Under the pieces are notes generated by a model. The model was given only the letters and a program-made list of their open reading frames with translations. It had not been told where the DNA came from and made no database searches. Of a stretch of DNA of 49,674 nucleotides, positions 8,550 through 18,725 are shown piece by piece. The translations under genes were made by a program, and so were the position numbers. Origin of the DNA: Promethearchaeota archaeon (GTDB lineage: Archaea; Asgardarchaeota; Lokiarchaeia; Sigyniarchaeales; SOKP01); assembly GCA_048941285.1 (NCBI GenBank), contig JBHLNS010000020.1:1-49674 (forward strand). Direction: 5' to 3'. Position 1 is the stretch's first letter; each line of letters opens with the position of its first letter.

Positions 8550-9692
8550 TTAGAAGGTATAAGTAAAAATGTAAGCAATTATTATTGTTAATGTATTATA
8601 AACACCGTGAGTTATTATAACTGCTATCAAATTCTCATTTCTCCAATAATAAATTAAACCAAACAAAAGCGACATCATAAAGTATGGAGTAAATGACAGA
8701 AGAAATGAAACAAGAATGAGTATTGGTGCATTTAAAAATAAAAGTACTATCCCCAACACATGAATCATCGCAAAAATGAATGCTGTTATCATGATTCCTC
8801 CCACATGTCCTAAACTGCGGGATAATCCTTTTTGCATGAATCCTCTAAATAAAATTTCTTCAGATGTTCCTATAATCAATATCATAACCAAAGATAAGAG
8901 AATTAAGCCTAGAATATCTCCTTCTAAAGGAATTATATCAGTGTCACTGGTAGCTATACTAACATCCCTTATAATCTCAATTCCGAAAAAAAACTCAAGA
9001 AAAATTTCAGTTAAAAATGAGACTAAATAGACTAATAATACACCTACCACTGCAAATCCTAATCCTATTAAAATCTCTTTTATAATTCCTATCGTATCAA
9101 ATCTTTTTGATGTAAATCCTAATAATCCTAGTCTATTTTTTAAAGAAGGTTTTTTCAGATATTTTCCAACATATAATACAGGTACAATTATAAAAATTAA
9201 TTCGAAGAAAGAACTAAAAATTATAAAATACGGATTTGCTATGGCATCAAGTAAAGCCTCTAAATTGAGAGAAAAGAAAATTAATATTGCAAGGATTCCT
9301 GCAGTAAGAAAATCCATTAAAAGAAATGCACCTAGGGGTATTCCAATAGACGGCATTGTGCCCCATAATTCATATTTTTTTGTGTTTGTTATTTCATCCT
9401 CATCTATTTTTGAACTCTCATAAGAAACTGAAGGTCTTTGATATTGGGGAAAAATATTTGGTTGAACATAATGATTAATTTTTTCATTTGGATTTAATTG
9501 TTTATATTTTTTAAGATAATTAAGATCAGTTCCACATTTAATGCAAAATTTAAGTTTCTGAAGTTTTGGGATACTTGTACCACAAACGGGACAAAAAGAC
9601 CAAAATTTATCGTCTAATTCTTTTGTTATACTAGGTTTAGAGATTTTTTGATCTATTTTAGGATCTTGAACTTCTTTATTGGTCATTATCAA
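8550..9692 (-). CDS. CPBP/Abi (Rce1-like) intramembrane protease with N-terminal double zinc ribbon
   Basis: EEILFRG, FAMIH and HGVYN motifs; CPVC...CIKC at the N-terminus. Confidence 0.9.
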   Translation of the reverse strand: MIMTNKEVQDPKIDQKISKPSITKELDDKFWSFCPVCGTSIPKLQKLKFCIKCGTDLNYLKKYKQLNPNEKINHYVQPNIFPQYQRPSVSYESSKIDEDEITNTKKYELWGTMPSIGIPLGAFLLMDFLTAGILAILIFFSLNLEALLDAIANPYFIIFSSFFELIFIIVPVLYVGKYLKKPSLKNRLGLLGFTSKRFDTIGIIKEILIGLGFAVVGVLLVYLVSFLTEIFLEFFFGIEIIRDVSIATSDTDIIPLEGDILGLILLSLVMILIIGTSEEILFRGFMQKGLSRSLGHVGGIMITAFIFAMIHVLGIVLLFLNAPILILVSFLLSFTPYFMMSLLFGLIYYWRNENLIAVIITHGVYNTLTIIIAYIFTYTF

Positions 9693-9771
9693 TTTGTAGT
9701 AAGATATCTAATAACTAAAAGCTTTATGTTTCGAATTAAAAATTGTTAAAATAAGTATGTTAAATTGACTT

Positions 9772-11703
9772 TTAAATTCCAATTCTCATAAATTTAAAAA
9801 TCCTGTTAATTTCAATATCGTTTTGTAAAAATCCTGACTTTGATAATTGATAAGCATTATATTTAGCAAGTTCGTCATCCATTTCAACTTCTAATTCAAG
9901 TTTTATTGATGGCATCCAAAAAGTCTTATTAATATGTTGGTATTCAATCATTACCATAAATAGAAAATTGCCAATTTTTTTTGGAACTATTTTAGTTTTT
10001 ATTTTTGTTAATTCACAAGATTTTAACCGTTTAATACTCGTATATTCTAACTTAGACTCAAAAGAATCCGACATAAAGAAATAAATCTTTATATCCTTAA
10101 TTTCACCTAAGTTAGGATTCTCAATTGTCACAGTAATAATTTCTGGGTGATCTAATTTAAGTTTTTTATTTTGTACTTTAAGATCTATGAAAAGAGGATA
10201 TGGAATTACCTTTTGATCTAAATTAAAACTTAAATCAATAAGTTTTTTAAGATTAGGCTTTAAATTTAAACTAAATTTGCTTTTTTGTTCTTCTAAAGTA
10301 AGAAATTTTTTACTTCTCACTTCTTCAAACTGTTGAAACATATAATTAATATATTTTAGTATATAGTTATCAAATTCTGAATGTTTATTTGACATTAATG
10401 AAATTAATTTTTTGTAATATTCAGGTTCAAGATCTCGAAGTAGTGGTTTCTCAAGAATATCCTTGATAAAGTTTTTTAAGAGTTCATCTAATTGTATTAA
10501 ATAATTATATTCAATTTCAAATTTCTCAATAATATTTTCATTTAATTTATCATCCTGCAAAATATCACTTATAGAATTCAATAGTTCACCCACTTCAGAA
10601 TCATAGACCTCGAAAGCCTTTAGGATCATAGTTTCTAATAAATAATTGAATTTTTGAACATTTTTGTTTTTATAATTGATAAATTCTGTGCGATAGGATT
10701 CTAAATATTTAACTAATTTTCCAGAATGTAATTTTAAAAGGCTCCTTTGATATCTTTGGTATCTCTCAGAAACACTTTCAATCCAATTTCGAACACTATT
10801 TAATTTCTCCATATTTTCCTCATTATTAAAGATGAGATTTTCCTCCACATTATCTGTAGATAGCAATGGACAATCGATTTTTACTTTTTCTAAAACAACG
10901 CTTGTTTCGCGTTCTAACTGATATATGTTTTCAATTTGATCATATAAGTTATATTTTCGAAAATCATCTACTTTAATTTTAATCAATCTATCAAGTAAAT
11001 CTTCTAACTTATCAGAATAAAATTTAGGATTACTGTTTAAAATACCTCTTAATATTGCTGTAAATTCAGAAAGAATCGAATAAAAGTCTCGTTCCTTATA
11101 AATATTACGATCTTTAGTTCCTAGGTTACTAATATTACAAAAATCTACAATATTTTGGTAGTTTTTCTCAGCAAGTTTATAATATTTCTCACAATTCTCC
11201 ACAGATAATGAATTTTTTGCTAAATAGCTATAATATAATGCTATTAGTGATTTATTGATAATAAAGGAAAAATCTCTGAAGTCTTCATACTTTGTTTTCT
11301 CTGCATTATCTTTCATAAATGGTATTATGAATTCCTCAACAATTATCTCAAAATTGCCAGCTAAACGAATTGAATGGAATAATTTTAAGGGATCAATATT
11401 TATATTGTCTAATTTGGTAATTATTAAGTGCCTATATTCATCAAAATCAGATTTAAGATTGTAGAAAAAAGTCTCAATTAGAGATTTTATTCTCTCGAGT
11501 TCTGAGGTCTTAACCATTTTCTCCGTTTTGAATAATGTAAGATGCAAAATTTCTGCCAAATAGTATTTAAAAGAATAAATTGATTCCATATATAAAGTTT
11601 TTGCCCCGCAATAAGGACACTGGGCTACAGATCCTTTAACAATTGCTAAACCAGAACCACATTTTTTACAGGGCAAATAGCGCATGAAATATAATGTCCC
11701 CAC
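9772..11703 (-). CDS. Large hypothetical protein: N-terminal zinc ribbon, long helical region, C-terminal Ig-like domain
   Basis: CKKC...CPYC, roughly 450 aa of helical-looking sequence, then a beta-rich tail (ITVTIENPNLGEIKDIKIYF). The real start may be the ATG at 11685. Confidence 0.7.
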   Translation of the reverse strand: MGTLYFMRYLPCKKCGSGLAIVKGSVAQCPYCGAKTLYMESIYSFKYYLAEILHLTLFKTEKMVKTSELERIKSLIETFFYNLKSDFDEYRHLIITKLDNINIDPLKLFHSIRLAGNFEIIVEEFIIPFMKDNAEKTKYEDFRDFSFIINKSLIALYYSYLAKNSLSVENCEKYYKLAEKNYQNIVDFCNISNLGTKDRNIYKERDFYSILSEFTAILRGILNSNPKFYSDKLEDLLDRLIKIKVDDFRKYNLYDQIENIYQLERETSVVLEKVKIDCPLLSTDNVEENLIFNNEENMEKLNSVRNWIESVSERYQRYQRSLLKLHSGKLVKYLESYRTEFINYKNKNVQKFNYLLETMILKAFEVYDSEVGELLNSISDILQDDKLNENIIEKFEIEYNYLIQLDELLKNFIKDILEKPLLRDLEPEYYKKLISLMSNKHSEFDNYILKYINYMFQQFEEVRSKKFLTLEEQKSKFSLNLKPNLKKLIDLSFNLDQKVIPYPLFIDLKVQNKKLKLDHPEIITVTIENPNLGEIKDIKIYFFMSDSFESKLEYTSIKRLKSCELTKIKTKIVPKKIGNFLFMVMIEYQHINKTFWMPSIKLELEVEMDDELAKYNAYQLSKSGFLQNDIEINRIFKFMRIGI

Positions 11704-11881
11704 TAAAATTATTTTATTATTCTTTTTTCAGAGTTACAAATTGCTAATTATTTATTAAAATTTTATCCTCTATGCCTATAATATCACAATATTTTGATGT
11801 GTTTTTATAGAAATAATTTGTCTACAAATTCGAATATATTAATTAGAAAAAAGTTTTCTTTTTTACAACAAACATAAAATA

Positions 11882-13642
11882 TTAATGCGTAAAATAACAA
11901 TAGAGATGATCATCTTCACATTTTATAGGATTAACAAATCCAAATCGCTCGAATTGAATTGTTTGGTTTAAAGGAATTTCTAATAGATTTATTTCTCCCT
12001 TCCCTTTTGATAGCATCCCATCAGGATTTAAAATTGAAACGTCGATATTATCATCGTTGGGAACCCATTGAATAATAGAGAACTCTCGATCCAATTCTTT
12101 ACTATGATAGGATGCAAAAATTATATTTTTATTCAAATTAGTAGAAGAGATCTGGATATTGAACAAATCTTTCAATCGAACGATTTGCTTTGATTTAAAA
12201 TTTTTCGCATCAGATAAAGCAGTTAAAATATTTAATTGGTTATTTTTTGTTATGCATTTTATTCTTCTCTTACCTTTTTTTGGATGTGAAGGGTGTAAAA
12301 GAGGCTCTGAAATGTATTTCTTTTCAGGAACATTATCAACAATCGTTAATACTGGATCTTCAACATAAAAGTATCTATTAGATATTTCGTCAATAATATC
12401 TTTGTTTTTCGCATACAACCAATTTACTGAAAAATTTATTCCAGATTGAGACATACCAAGCTCTAATAATGTTTCTCTTAATGCTTCCGGTTTTATTCCA
12501 CGTTTTTTAAGAGATTGCAAACTCCAAGTCCTTGGATCATCCCATCCTTCATATATTCCATTCTGAATTTTATTTCTCGATTCAGTTTTACTTAATTTCA
12601 TATCTGCAAAATTAAGTTTCCCATAATAAAGTAACTCAGCTTTTTTCCAACCAAAATGATCCCAAATGAATTCCTCGATAATACCTTCCTTTACTAAATC
12701 AATACCTCTTAAAATGTGAGTAGCAGCTATTAAATAATCATCAATAGCCCAGGAATATTCTAGCATCGGCCATACAATGAATTTATTACCCACTCTTGGA
12801 TGTTCTGCTTCGGAGATCCTCATTATAATTTGATCCCTTAAAGCTTCATCTTTCTGATCCATTCCTGTTTTTAATCTTACTACAGCTTCACCTTCGGAAT
12901 AATTTCTATTGAGCATAGATTTCCACTCTTTTAAGTTGTTCTCAACCGTTTGATCCCTATGAGGACAATTTATCTTTTGTTTCTTATATTTTTCTCGAAA
13001 TTCATCAGCAGAACAAAAACAAATATAGGCCATATTATCTTTGATTAATCTTTCACAATAATTATAAAAAATGTCTAATCTATCGCTTTTATAGTATGAT
13101 TTGCTATATTTTACACCTAACCATTCCAAACCCTCTTTTATCAATTCATAAGCTTCAGGTAAAACATATTTAGCTTTAGGGTTATCCCTTAATGATTTAG
13201 GACTACCGATCGTATCATCATAAAAAAGTATGAGTTCACCGTTATATCTTTTGACGTATTCATCGTTTAATACAATCATTCTAGCATTTCCTATGTGTAA
13301 AGCTCCACTCGGATAAGGTGCTAGACGCATAACAATTTTTTCAAATTTAGATATATTGGGTAATTCGGGTAATTCTTTTTCTTCGTCTTTTTTTTCTTTT
13401 TTATCTAACGCATGTGGATCTAATAGTAATAATTCTTTTGTTTGTTCCTCTAGAGTTAATTTTAAAATCTTTTTGATAATTTGGTCTAGCAAGGGAAGAA
13501 CAACTTTGGTTTGGGTTCTCAATTCAGGTCTGCAAGCCATTAGTTTTCCCATTATTGCTTTTTTGTTAGGAGATCCATTAAATTTTACAGCATTTTTTAA
13601 GCCATATAACCAAATTATTTGCTTAATATCTCTATCAGACAT
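11882..13642 (-). CDS. gltX: Glutamate--tRNA ligase (archaeal type)
   Basis: RLAPYPSGALHIGNAR (HIGH), THILRG, LSKT (KMSKS-like), GWDDPR and QFERFGF. Confidence 0.97.
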   Translation of the reverse strand: MSDRDIKQIIWLYGLKNAVKFNGSPNKKAIMGKLMACRPELRTQTKVVLPLLDQIIKKILKLTLEEQTKELLLLDPHALDKKEKKDEEKELPELPNISKFEKIVMRLAPYPSGALHIGNARMIVLNDEYVKRYNGELILFYDDTIGSPKSLRDNPKAKYVLPEAYELIKEGLEWLGVKYSKSYYKSDRLDIFYNYCERLIKDNMAYICFCSADEFREKYKKQKINCPHRDQTVENNLKEWKSMLNRNYSEGEAVVRLKTGMDQKDEALRDQIIMRISEAEHPRVGNKFIVWPMLEYSWAIDDYLIAATHILRGIDLVKEGIIEEFIWDHFGWKKAELLYYGKLNFADMKLSKTESRNKIQNGIYEGWDDPRTWSLQSLKKRGIKPEALRETLLELGMSQSGINFSVNWLYAKNKDIIDEISNRYFYVEDPVLTIVDNVPEKKYISEPLLHPSHPKKGKRRIKCITKNNQLNILTALSDAKNFKSKQIVRLKDLFNIQISSTNLNKNIIFASYHSKELDREFSIIQWVPNDDNIDVSILNPDGMLSKGKGEINLLEIPLNQTIQFERFGFVNPIKCEDDHLYCYFTH

Positions 13643-13705
13643 GTACAGTATCCATCTAATTTTATAAATTCTAAAATCTTTAAATATTTAAAATTAAACT
13701 AAAGT

Positions 13706-14671
13706 TTATAATTTAGAGAGGTTTTGAATGATTTTATCAGTTTCTTTCATGATTCTTTCGATTAACTCTTTAACTGTAGGTATATCTTGAATAAGACCTA
13801 CACCTTGACCAACAGAAACTACACCAACATCTAAATTACCCTCCTCATACATTAATTTGGATCTAGCACCCGCAGCAGCATTAAATATTTCCATTTGATC
13901 GCTTTTAGAATTTTCTAATTCTATGACTTTTTTTGCAGCTTGATTATTCCATACTCGATGAGTAGCATTAAGAGAACGCATAACAATCATGGTATCATAG
14001 ATAGTAGCGTTTAGTAGAGCTTGTTTTAAATTCTGATGAATGGGACATTCTTGCGTAACTAGAAGACGAGTACCGATCAATGCACCTTCGGCTCCTAATG
14101 CTAATACCGCAGCTACACCTCTTCCATCTGAGATACCCCCTCCTGCAACAACAGGGATGTCTAAAGCATCAATAGTAGCTGGTGTTAATACAAGAGTTCC
14201 AATATCATAACGTCCTGTAGCACCTCCGTTTTCCCAACCAACTACTTCTACTATATCAGCTCCTAATGAAGCTGCTTTTAATGCATATCTCACACCGGCA
14301 CATTTATGAATCCAAGTCACTCCATATTCCTTAAAGAGAGGTATATATTTATCTGGTGCTTGATGACCAGAAGTCTCAATTATCTTTATTCCCTCATCTA
14401 GCATTACTTTTACATGATCAATCTGCTTTATTGGTTTCAGCATTGGAAATAAATTTACATTTACTGCAACTGGTTTATCAGTTAAAGATTTAAGCTCTAT
14501 AAGAGCTTCTCGTAAATCATCTGGTGTTCTGAACATCACAGAAGCCATAATTCCCAGAGCCCCCGCATTTGAACAAGCAGCAGCAAATGAAGGATAACTA
14601 ATATTCATCATATTTCCACAGAAAATTGGATATTTTATACCCAACATTTCAGTTACTTTTGTTTTTAGCAT
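13706..14671 (-). CDS. Nitronate monooxygenase / FabK-like flavin oxidoreductase
   Basis: LKTKVTEMLGIKYPI, PVVAGGGISDGRG..A.LALGAEG..IGTR and GQGVGLI. Confidence 0.9.
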   Translation of the reverse strand: MLKTKVTEMLGIKYPIFCGNMMNISYPSFAAACSNAGALGIMASVMFRTPDDLREALIELKSLTDKPVAVNVNLFPMLKPIKQIDHVKVMLDEGIKIIETSGHQAPDKYIPLFKEYGVTWIHKCAGVRYALKAASLGADIVEVVGWENGGATGRYDIGTLVLTPATIDALDIPVVAGGGISDGRGVAAVLALGAEGALIGTRLLVTQECPIHQNLKQALLNATIYDTMIVMRSLNATHRVWNNQAAKKVIELENSKSDQMEIFNAAAGARSKLMYEEGNLDVGVVSVGQGVGLIQDIPTVKELIERIMKETDKIIQNLSKL

Positions 14672-14758
14672 AAATCTACAACTTTTTTTGATTAATGTTA
14701 TAAGAATTTAATATAATTAATACTACTATTATTGTAAAAAATTTAAAATTTCATTTTA

Positions 14759-15451
14759 TTAGCAGTCGTTATTTTTATCAAATAAACTCTTAATATCTTC
14801 AATGTTGATCTCTGTTAGATCCTTGATAATAATTTGCGCACCAAAAAGTTGTTGTTTATTATGCGTAGTTGTAAGGGCTATTGACATCATTCCCGCTCGC
14901 TTCGCGGCTTTTATACCAACTGGAGCATCTTCAATGACAACACAATTTTCTGGTTTAATATTTAAGTTTTTTGCAGCATGAAGAAACACTTCTGGCTCAG
15001 GCTTTCCCTTATTAACATCATCGGCTGTAATTATAGTATCAAAGAATGGCTTGATTTTCAGTTGGGATAATAGTAATTCCACATTTTCAGGCGGACCACT
15101 AGAACCTATAGCTAATTTAAAACCTGCTGATTTTAAATCTTTTATAATTCTTATTGCTCCAGGTAAAGGTTTCAATTTTTCTCTTATCATCTCCCGATAA
15201 TACTGTTCTTTTAAATTAGCCCATTTTTCAACGAGAACTTCTTCTAATTCTGGTCCTACTAGTTTACGAGTAATTGTAGGTGATTGCTGACCAAAAGTCT
15301 CATTAAATATTTCTCTTGTAAACTCTACACCAATTTCTGCTGCCATTTTAACCCAGCTTTCATAATGAATTGGTCCGGTGTCTGCGAGAACACCATCCAT
15401 ATCAAAAATAACACAATAATCGCTAAACATAATTTTAACTATGAAGTACAA
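14759..15451 (-). CDS. HAD-family phosphatase (beta-phosphoglucomutase-like)
   Basis: FDMDGVLADT, GKPEPEVF and VIEDAPVGIKAAKRAGM. The start is probably the later ATG (MFSDY). Confidence 0.9.
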   Translation of the reverse strand: MYFIVKIMFSDYCVIFDMDGVLADTGPIHYESWVKMAAEIGVEFTREIFNETFGQQSPTITRKLVGPELEEVLVEKWANLKEQYYREMIREKLKPLPGAIRIIKDLKSAGFKLAIGSSGPPENVELLLSQLKIKPFFDTIITADDVNKGKPEPEVFLHAAKNLNIKPENCVVIEDAPVGIKAAKRAGMMSIALTTTHNKQQLFGAQIIIKDLTEINIEDIKSLFDKNNDC

Positions 15452-15532
15452 TTAGGTAATTATTATAGAGAATTGTTAATTATTAAATAGAGATATTTTT
15501 TATTTGTAGAATTATTAAATGTATATAATTAC

Positions 15533-15637
15533 AGCCCAGTAGTCTAGTATGGACAGGGCGCTGGCTTGCGGAGCCAGATATCGGGGGTTCAAACTTTTTT
15601 AAAATTCTTATAAAAGGAAAAAATCCCCCCTGGGCTA
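15533..15637 (+). tRNA. tRNA-Arg(GCG) with a 30-nt intron in the T-loop (about position 58/59; intron 15593-15622)
   Basis: Perfect acceptor AGCCCAG/CTGGGCT; anticodon arm CTGGC-TTGCGGA-GCCAG. Removing 15593-15622 restores GGGGG-TTCAAAT-CCCCC. Confidence 0.9.
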
Positions 15638-15750
15638 TTCTTTTTCCTTTAGACCTAGATTTCATCTCTTAGACACTCTATTTGTGCAAATAGTAGAATT
15701 GCAGAAAAATTCTTATTTAAAGATGAAGTATAATATTTTGGGGTTGAAGG

Positions 15751-15999
15751 TTGGGTAAAATCAAAGAAATAGAATGTATTGAAAAATTCCTTAATTTTTT
15801 ATATGAAATAGAAGTAAAACCAAATGAATTTAACAATAATCAAATCGTAATAAAACTAAAAAATAAAATTATTGAAGATCAAAACGTCTTTTAGAATTAT
15901 ATAAATAAAATAAAGAAAGTTAGTAAACTGAAAATAGAGAATAACAAAGTAATCTGTGATTGCGGAATAAATATAGGAGCCTTCACTAATTTTTCTTAG
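15751..15999 (+). pseudogene. Possible gene remnant: 82-codon frame with one internal TAG
   Basis: TTG start after GAAGG; LGKIKEIECIEKFLNFLYEIEV...QNVF*NYINKIKKVSKLKIENNKVICDCGINIGAFTNFS*. Internal TAG at 15892-15894. Confidence 0.35.
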
Positions 16000-16081
16000 A
16001 TTTGAGATATTAATTTATTTTTCAAAAGCAATCTTATATTTTCTTTCAGTAAAATTAATTGCAATCGGTTCTTTGTTAGGA

Positions 16082-16852
16082 TCATCCAATATAGTTTAAG
16101 ATTTCTGAAATATTATTTATCTTTCTTAGATTTGAAACATTAATTTCTTTTTCAAAAGGGAACTTGTATTTTCTTTCAAGTAAAATGAATTGTATATTGG
16201 CTCTTTGAGCTCCAACTATATCAGCATATTCGTCTCCGCACATAATAACAGAATTTGCATGAGACTTTAATCCAATTTGTTCAAGTGTGTAGAGAAATAT
16301 GTTTGGATCTGGTTTTCTTGTTCCATATTTGGCAGATGTTAGAATATAATCAAAATACTTATCAAAATCATGTTTTTTTAACATATTTTCTATAGTTTTG
16401 TGATGTGGATGGTTGGAAATTAAAGCAATTTTAATCTTTTTTTTTGTTAAAATATCTAAAGTCGCTCTTGATTTTTCAAAAGGTTCCCACTCATCTTCCT
16501 CGCAAGAATGGTATGTCTCAGCTAATTTATCATATGTCTTCTCATCAATATATTCAATATTATTAATAATTTTTTCTTCTTTTAGCGATTCTAAAACAGT
16601 TTGAAAAATTAATGATGTTGGAAATTCTGTCTTAGTTTTTATGCTTTTTCTAAAAAAATATTGCCTTTGTTTGGCAAATTTTTTGACAAAAGACTCGTTT
16701 GATAATTCTTCACTCCAGATTTGCCTCGCCTTTAAAATATCAATGGATTTCAATAACCCTTTTTTAAAACATTCATAATATCTTTCAACAGAAGGATTAT
16801 CAAAGTAGAATAAAGTGAAACCAAAATCAAAAATAATTCCTTTAACCTTCAT
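16082..16852 (-). CDS. HAD-family hydrolase
   Basis: IIFDFGFTL, ISN, RKPDPNIF and CGDEYADIVGA. Confidence 0.88.
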   Translation of the reverse strand: MKVKGIIFDFGFTLFYFDNPSVERYYECFKKGLLKSIDILKARQIWSEELSNESFVKKFAKQRQYFFRKSIKTKTEFPTSLIFQTVLESLKEEKIINNIEYIDEKTYDKLAETYHSCEEDEWEPFEKSRATLDILTKKKIKIALISNHPHHKTIENMLKKHDFDKYFDYILTSAKYGTRKPDPNIFLYTLEQIGLKSHANSVIMCGDEYADIVGAQRANIQFILLERKYKFPFEKEINVSNLRKINNISEILNYIG

Positions 16853-16989
16853 GGTGTCAATATTTATAAAAATAGATTCTCAATTTTAATTTATCTAAAA
16901 TAAGATGTAATTATCATACTTATCTTCTGTTAAATATTTAATAAATAACAAAATATTAACTTAGAAATTTATTATTACTGAGTGTTAAG

Positions 16990-17520
16990 ATGTCGATTGA
17001 TAAATGGCTTAATGGGAAAGACCCAAAAGAAGAAAGAATTAAAAGAGATAAGGCATTTAAACAGCTTTCGAAAGAAGAAGTGCAAGAATTAAAAAAAAAG
17101 AAAATTCGAGATATCGTTGAAAAAGAAGAAGAAAAAAGAGATGATCCTGAAACAGATAAACTTCTGCAACAAATAATTGAATTTAAAGAATGGATGGACC
17201 AGAGAACCTATTTAAAAGGTGATCTTGAAAAAATTGTTGTAAGGATACAAAATTTAAATTCAATAATATCCGTATCATCAGAGCATAGGGAAGGATCAGC
17301 ACTTCATAGTGAGAAAAAGAAATTAATTGAAAAATACAAAACAATTCCACCTAAGTTCCTAGATGAGAAAATAAGAGTTGCTATAAATAAATTGATATCT
17401 GGTACACAAAGGACAAGTTCAGATAATTACTATTTAAGGAAATTAAAAAACACACTTAAGGAAAAATTAAGAGAAGCTGAGTATTATGATATATTAGATA
17501 AATTATTTAAGATATTTTGA
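16990..17520 (+). CDS. Charged helical hypothetical protein
   Basis: 176 aa ATG-started ORF with no recognised motif. Confidence 0.75.
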   Translation: MSIDKWLNGKDPKEERIKRDKAFKQLSKEEVQELKKKKIRDIVEKEEEKRDDPETDKLLQQIIEFKEWMDQRTYLKGDLEKIVVRIQNLNSIISVSSEHREGSALHSEKKKLIEKYKTIPPKFLDEKIRVAINKLISGTQRTSSDNYYLRKLKNTLKEKLREAEYYDILDKLFKIF

Positions 17521-17607
17521 AACCTAAAGGAGATTTCAAAATACTTTTTATTTTATCAAGTTTTATAATTTTTATATTAAAAAATTGCCATCTATAAAGT
17601 TAACAGA

Positions 17608-18696
17608 ATGATTCTGATTTGCCCAATTGCTGGTGTGGGTAAGAGACTCCAGCCCTTCACATATTCTAAGCCAAAGGCTTTCTTGAAAATTGCTGGAAAA
17701 AGGTTAATCGATCATATTCTTATAAAGCTAAAAAATTCCTTCCCTAAAGGAACGAATATTTGTTTTATTGTTGGATATAAAAAAAGGCAAATTACCGAAT
17801 ATCTTAAAAAAGAACATTCAGATTATTTCAACCTTCATTTTATAGAACAAAAACCGTTAGGATATGAAGCAGATACACCATTTTTTAGTGGACTTGGAGA
17901 TGCAATTTTATTAGCAAGGAATCTTGCTATTAATGATGATTGTTTTGTTTTTTTGAGTGATAGACTTCCAATAGAGGATTATTCACAAATTCTATTAAAT
18001 TTTCACCAAGATATCTGTGATGGAGTGATAAACGTTAAGCAAGTAGAAAATCCCCAATTTTATGGTGTAATCGAATTAGATACAAGTGGAATTGTTAAAA
18101 GCATTGTTGAGAAACCTACAAAGCCTAAATCGAATTATGCTGTTTCTGGAGCTTATTTATTTGGAATGAGTGTGACGACACGATTATTTGAATTATTAGA
18201 AGAACAAAGTAAAATTCCATTAGAAAATGGTCAAGAACATTCTATAACACCGATTATTCAAAAATTAATTGAAGAAGGTTTTAAACTAAAAATTAATGAA
18301 ATGAACAAGGATATATTGGATTTTGGGCGTCCTGAGAGCCTAATAGCTGGTAATCGCCTATTGTTAGATGAGATAAAAATACATGATCCAACATATGAGA
18401 AATTATTTCAATCTGGTAATATAACCGATTCAAAAGTTGTTCCTCCTGTTTATATTGGGGATAATTGTAAAATTTCTGATTCAGTAATAGGCCCAAATGT
18501 ATCGATAGGGGATAATGTTGTTTTAGATAAATGTATTATATCTGAATCTGTTATTGGTGATGGAGCGAATTTGAATAAGATTATATCTTCGGAAAGCATT
18601 ATCGGGGATTATACAATTTTGGAAGACCTAATTAAAAAGAGTATAACAATCGGAGATTCTTCTTATATAACAACATCTAATATGACAGCATTTTAA
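17608..18696 (+). CDS. Sugar-phosphate nucleotidyltransferase with C-terminal left-handed beta-helix
   Basis: AGVGKRLQPFTYSKPK, VEKP, DFGRPE and hexapeptide repeats (PVYIGDNCKISDSVIGPNVSIGDN). Confidence 0.92.
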   Translation: MILICPIAGVGKRLQPFTYSKPKAFLKIAGKRLIDHILIKLKNSFPKGTNICFIVGYKKRQITEYLKKEHSDYFNLHFIEQKPLGYEADTPFFSGLGDAILLARNLAINDDCFVFLSDRLPIEDYSQILLNFHQDICDGVINVKQVENPQFYGVIELDTSGIVKSIVEKPTKPKSNYAVSGAYLFGMSVTTRLFELLEEQSKIPLENGQEHSITPIIQKLIEEGFKLKINEMNKDILDFGRPESLIAGNRLLLDEIKIHDPTYEKLFQSGNITDSKVVPPVYIGDNCKISDSVIGPNVSIGDNVVLDKCIISESVIGDGANLNKIISSESIIGDYTILEDLIKKSITIGDSSYITTSNMTAF

Positions 18697-18725
18697 GCTT
18701 GTTAAAAAGAGATAAAGTTGAAAAA

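Noticed and set aside
15483-15665. 60 aa minus-strand ORF
   Set aside because: Antisense shadow of the intron-containing tRNA-Arg.
5798-15999. Integrated mobile element at either tRNA
   Set aside because: No integrase or transposase and no duplicated tRNA 3' end (att site) seen by eye; the flanking genes are housekeeping.
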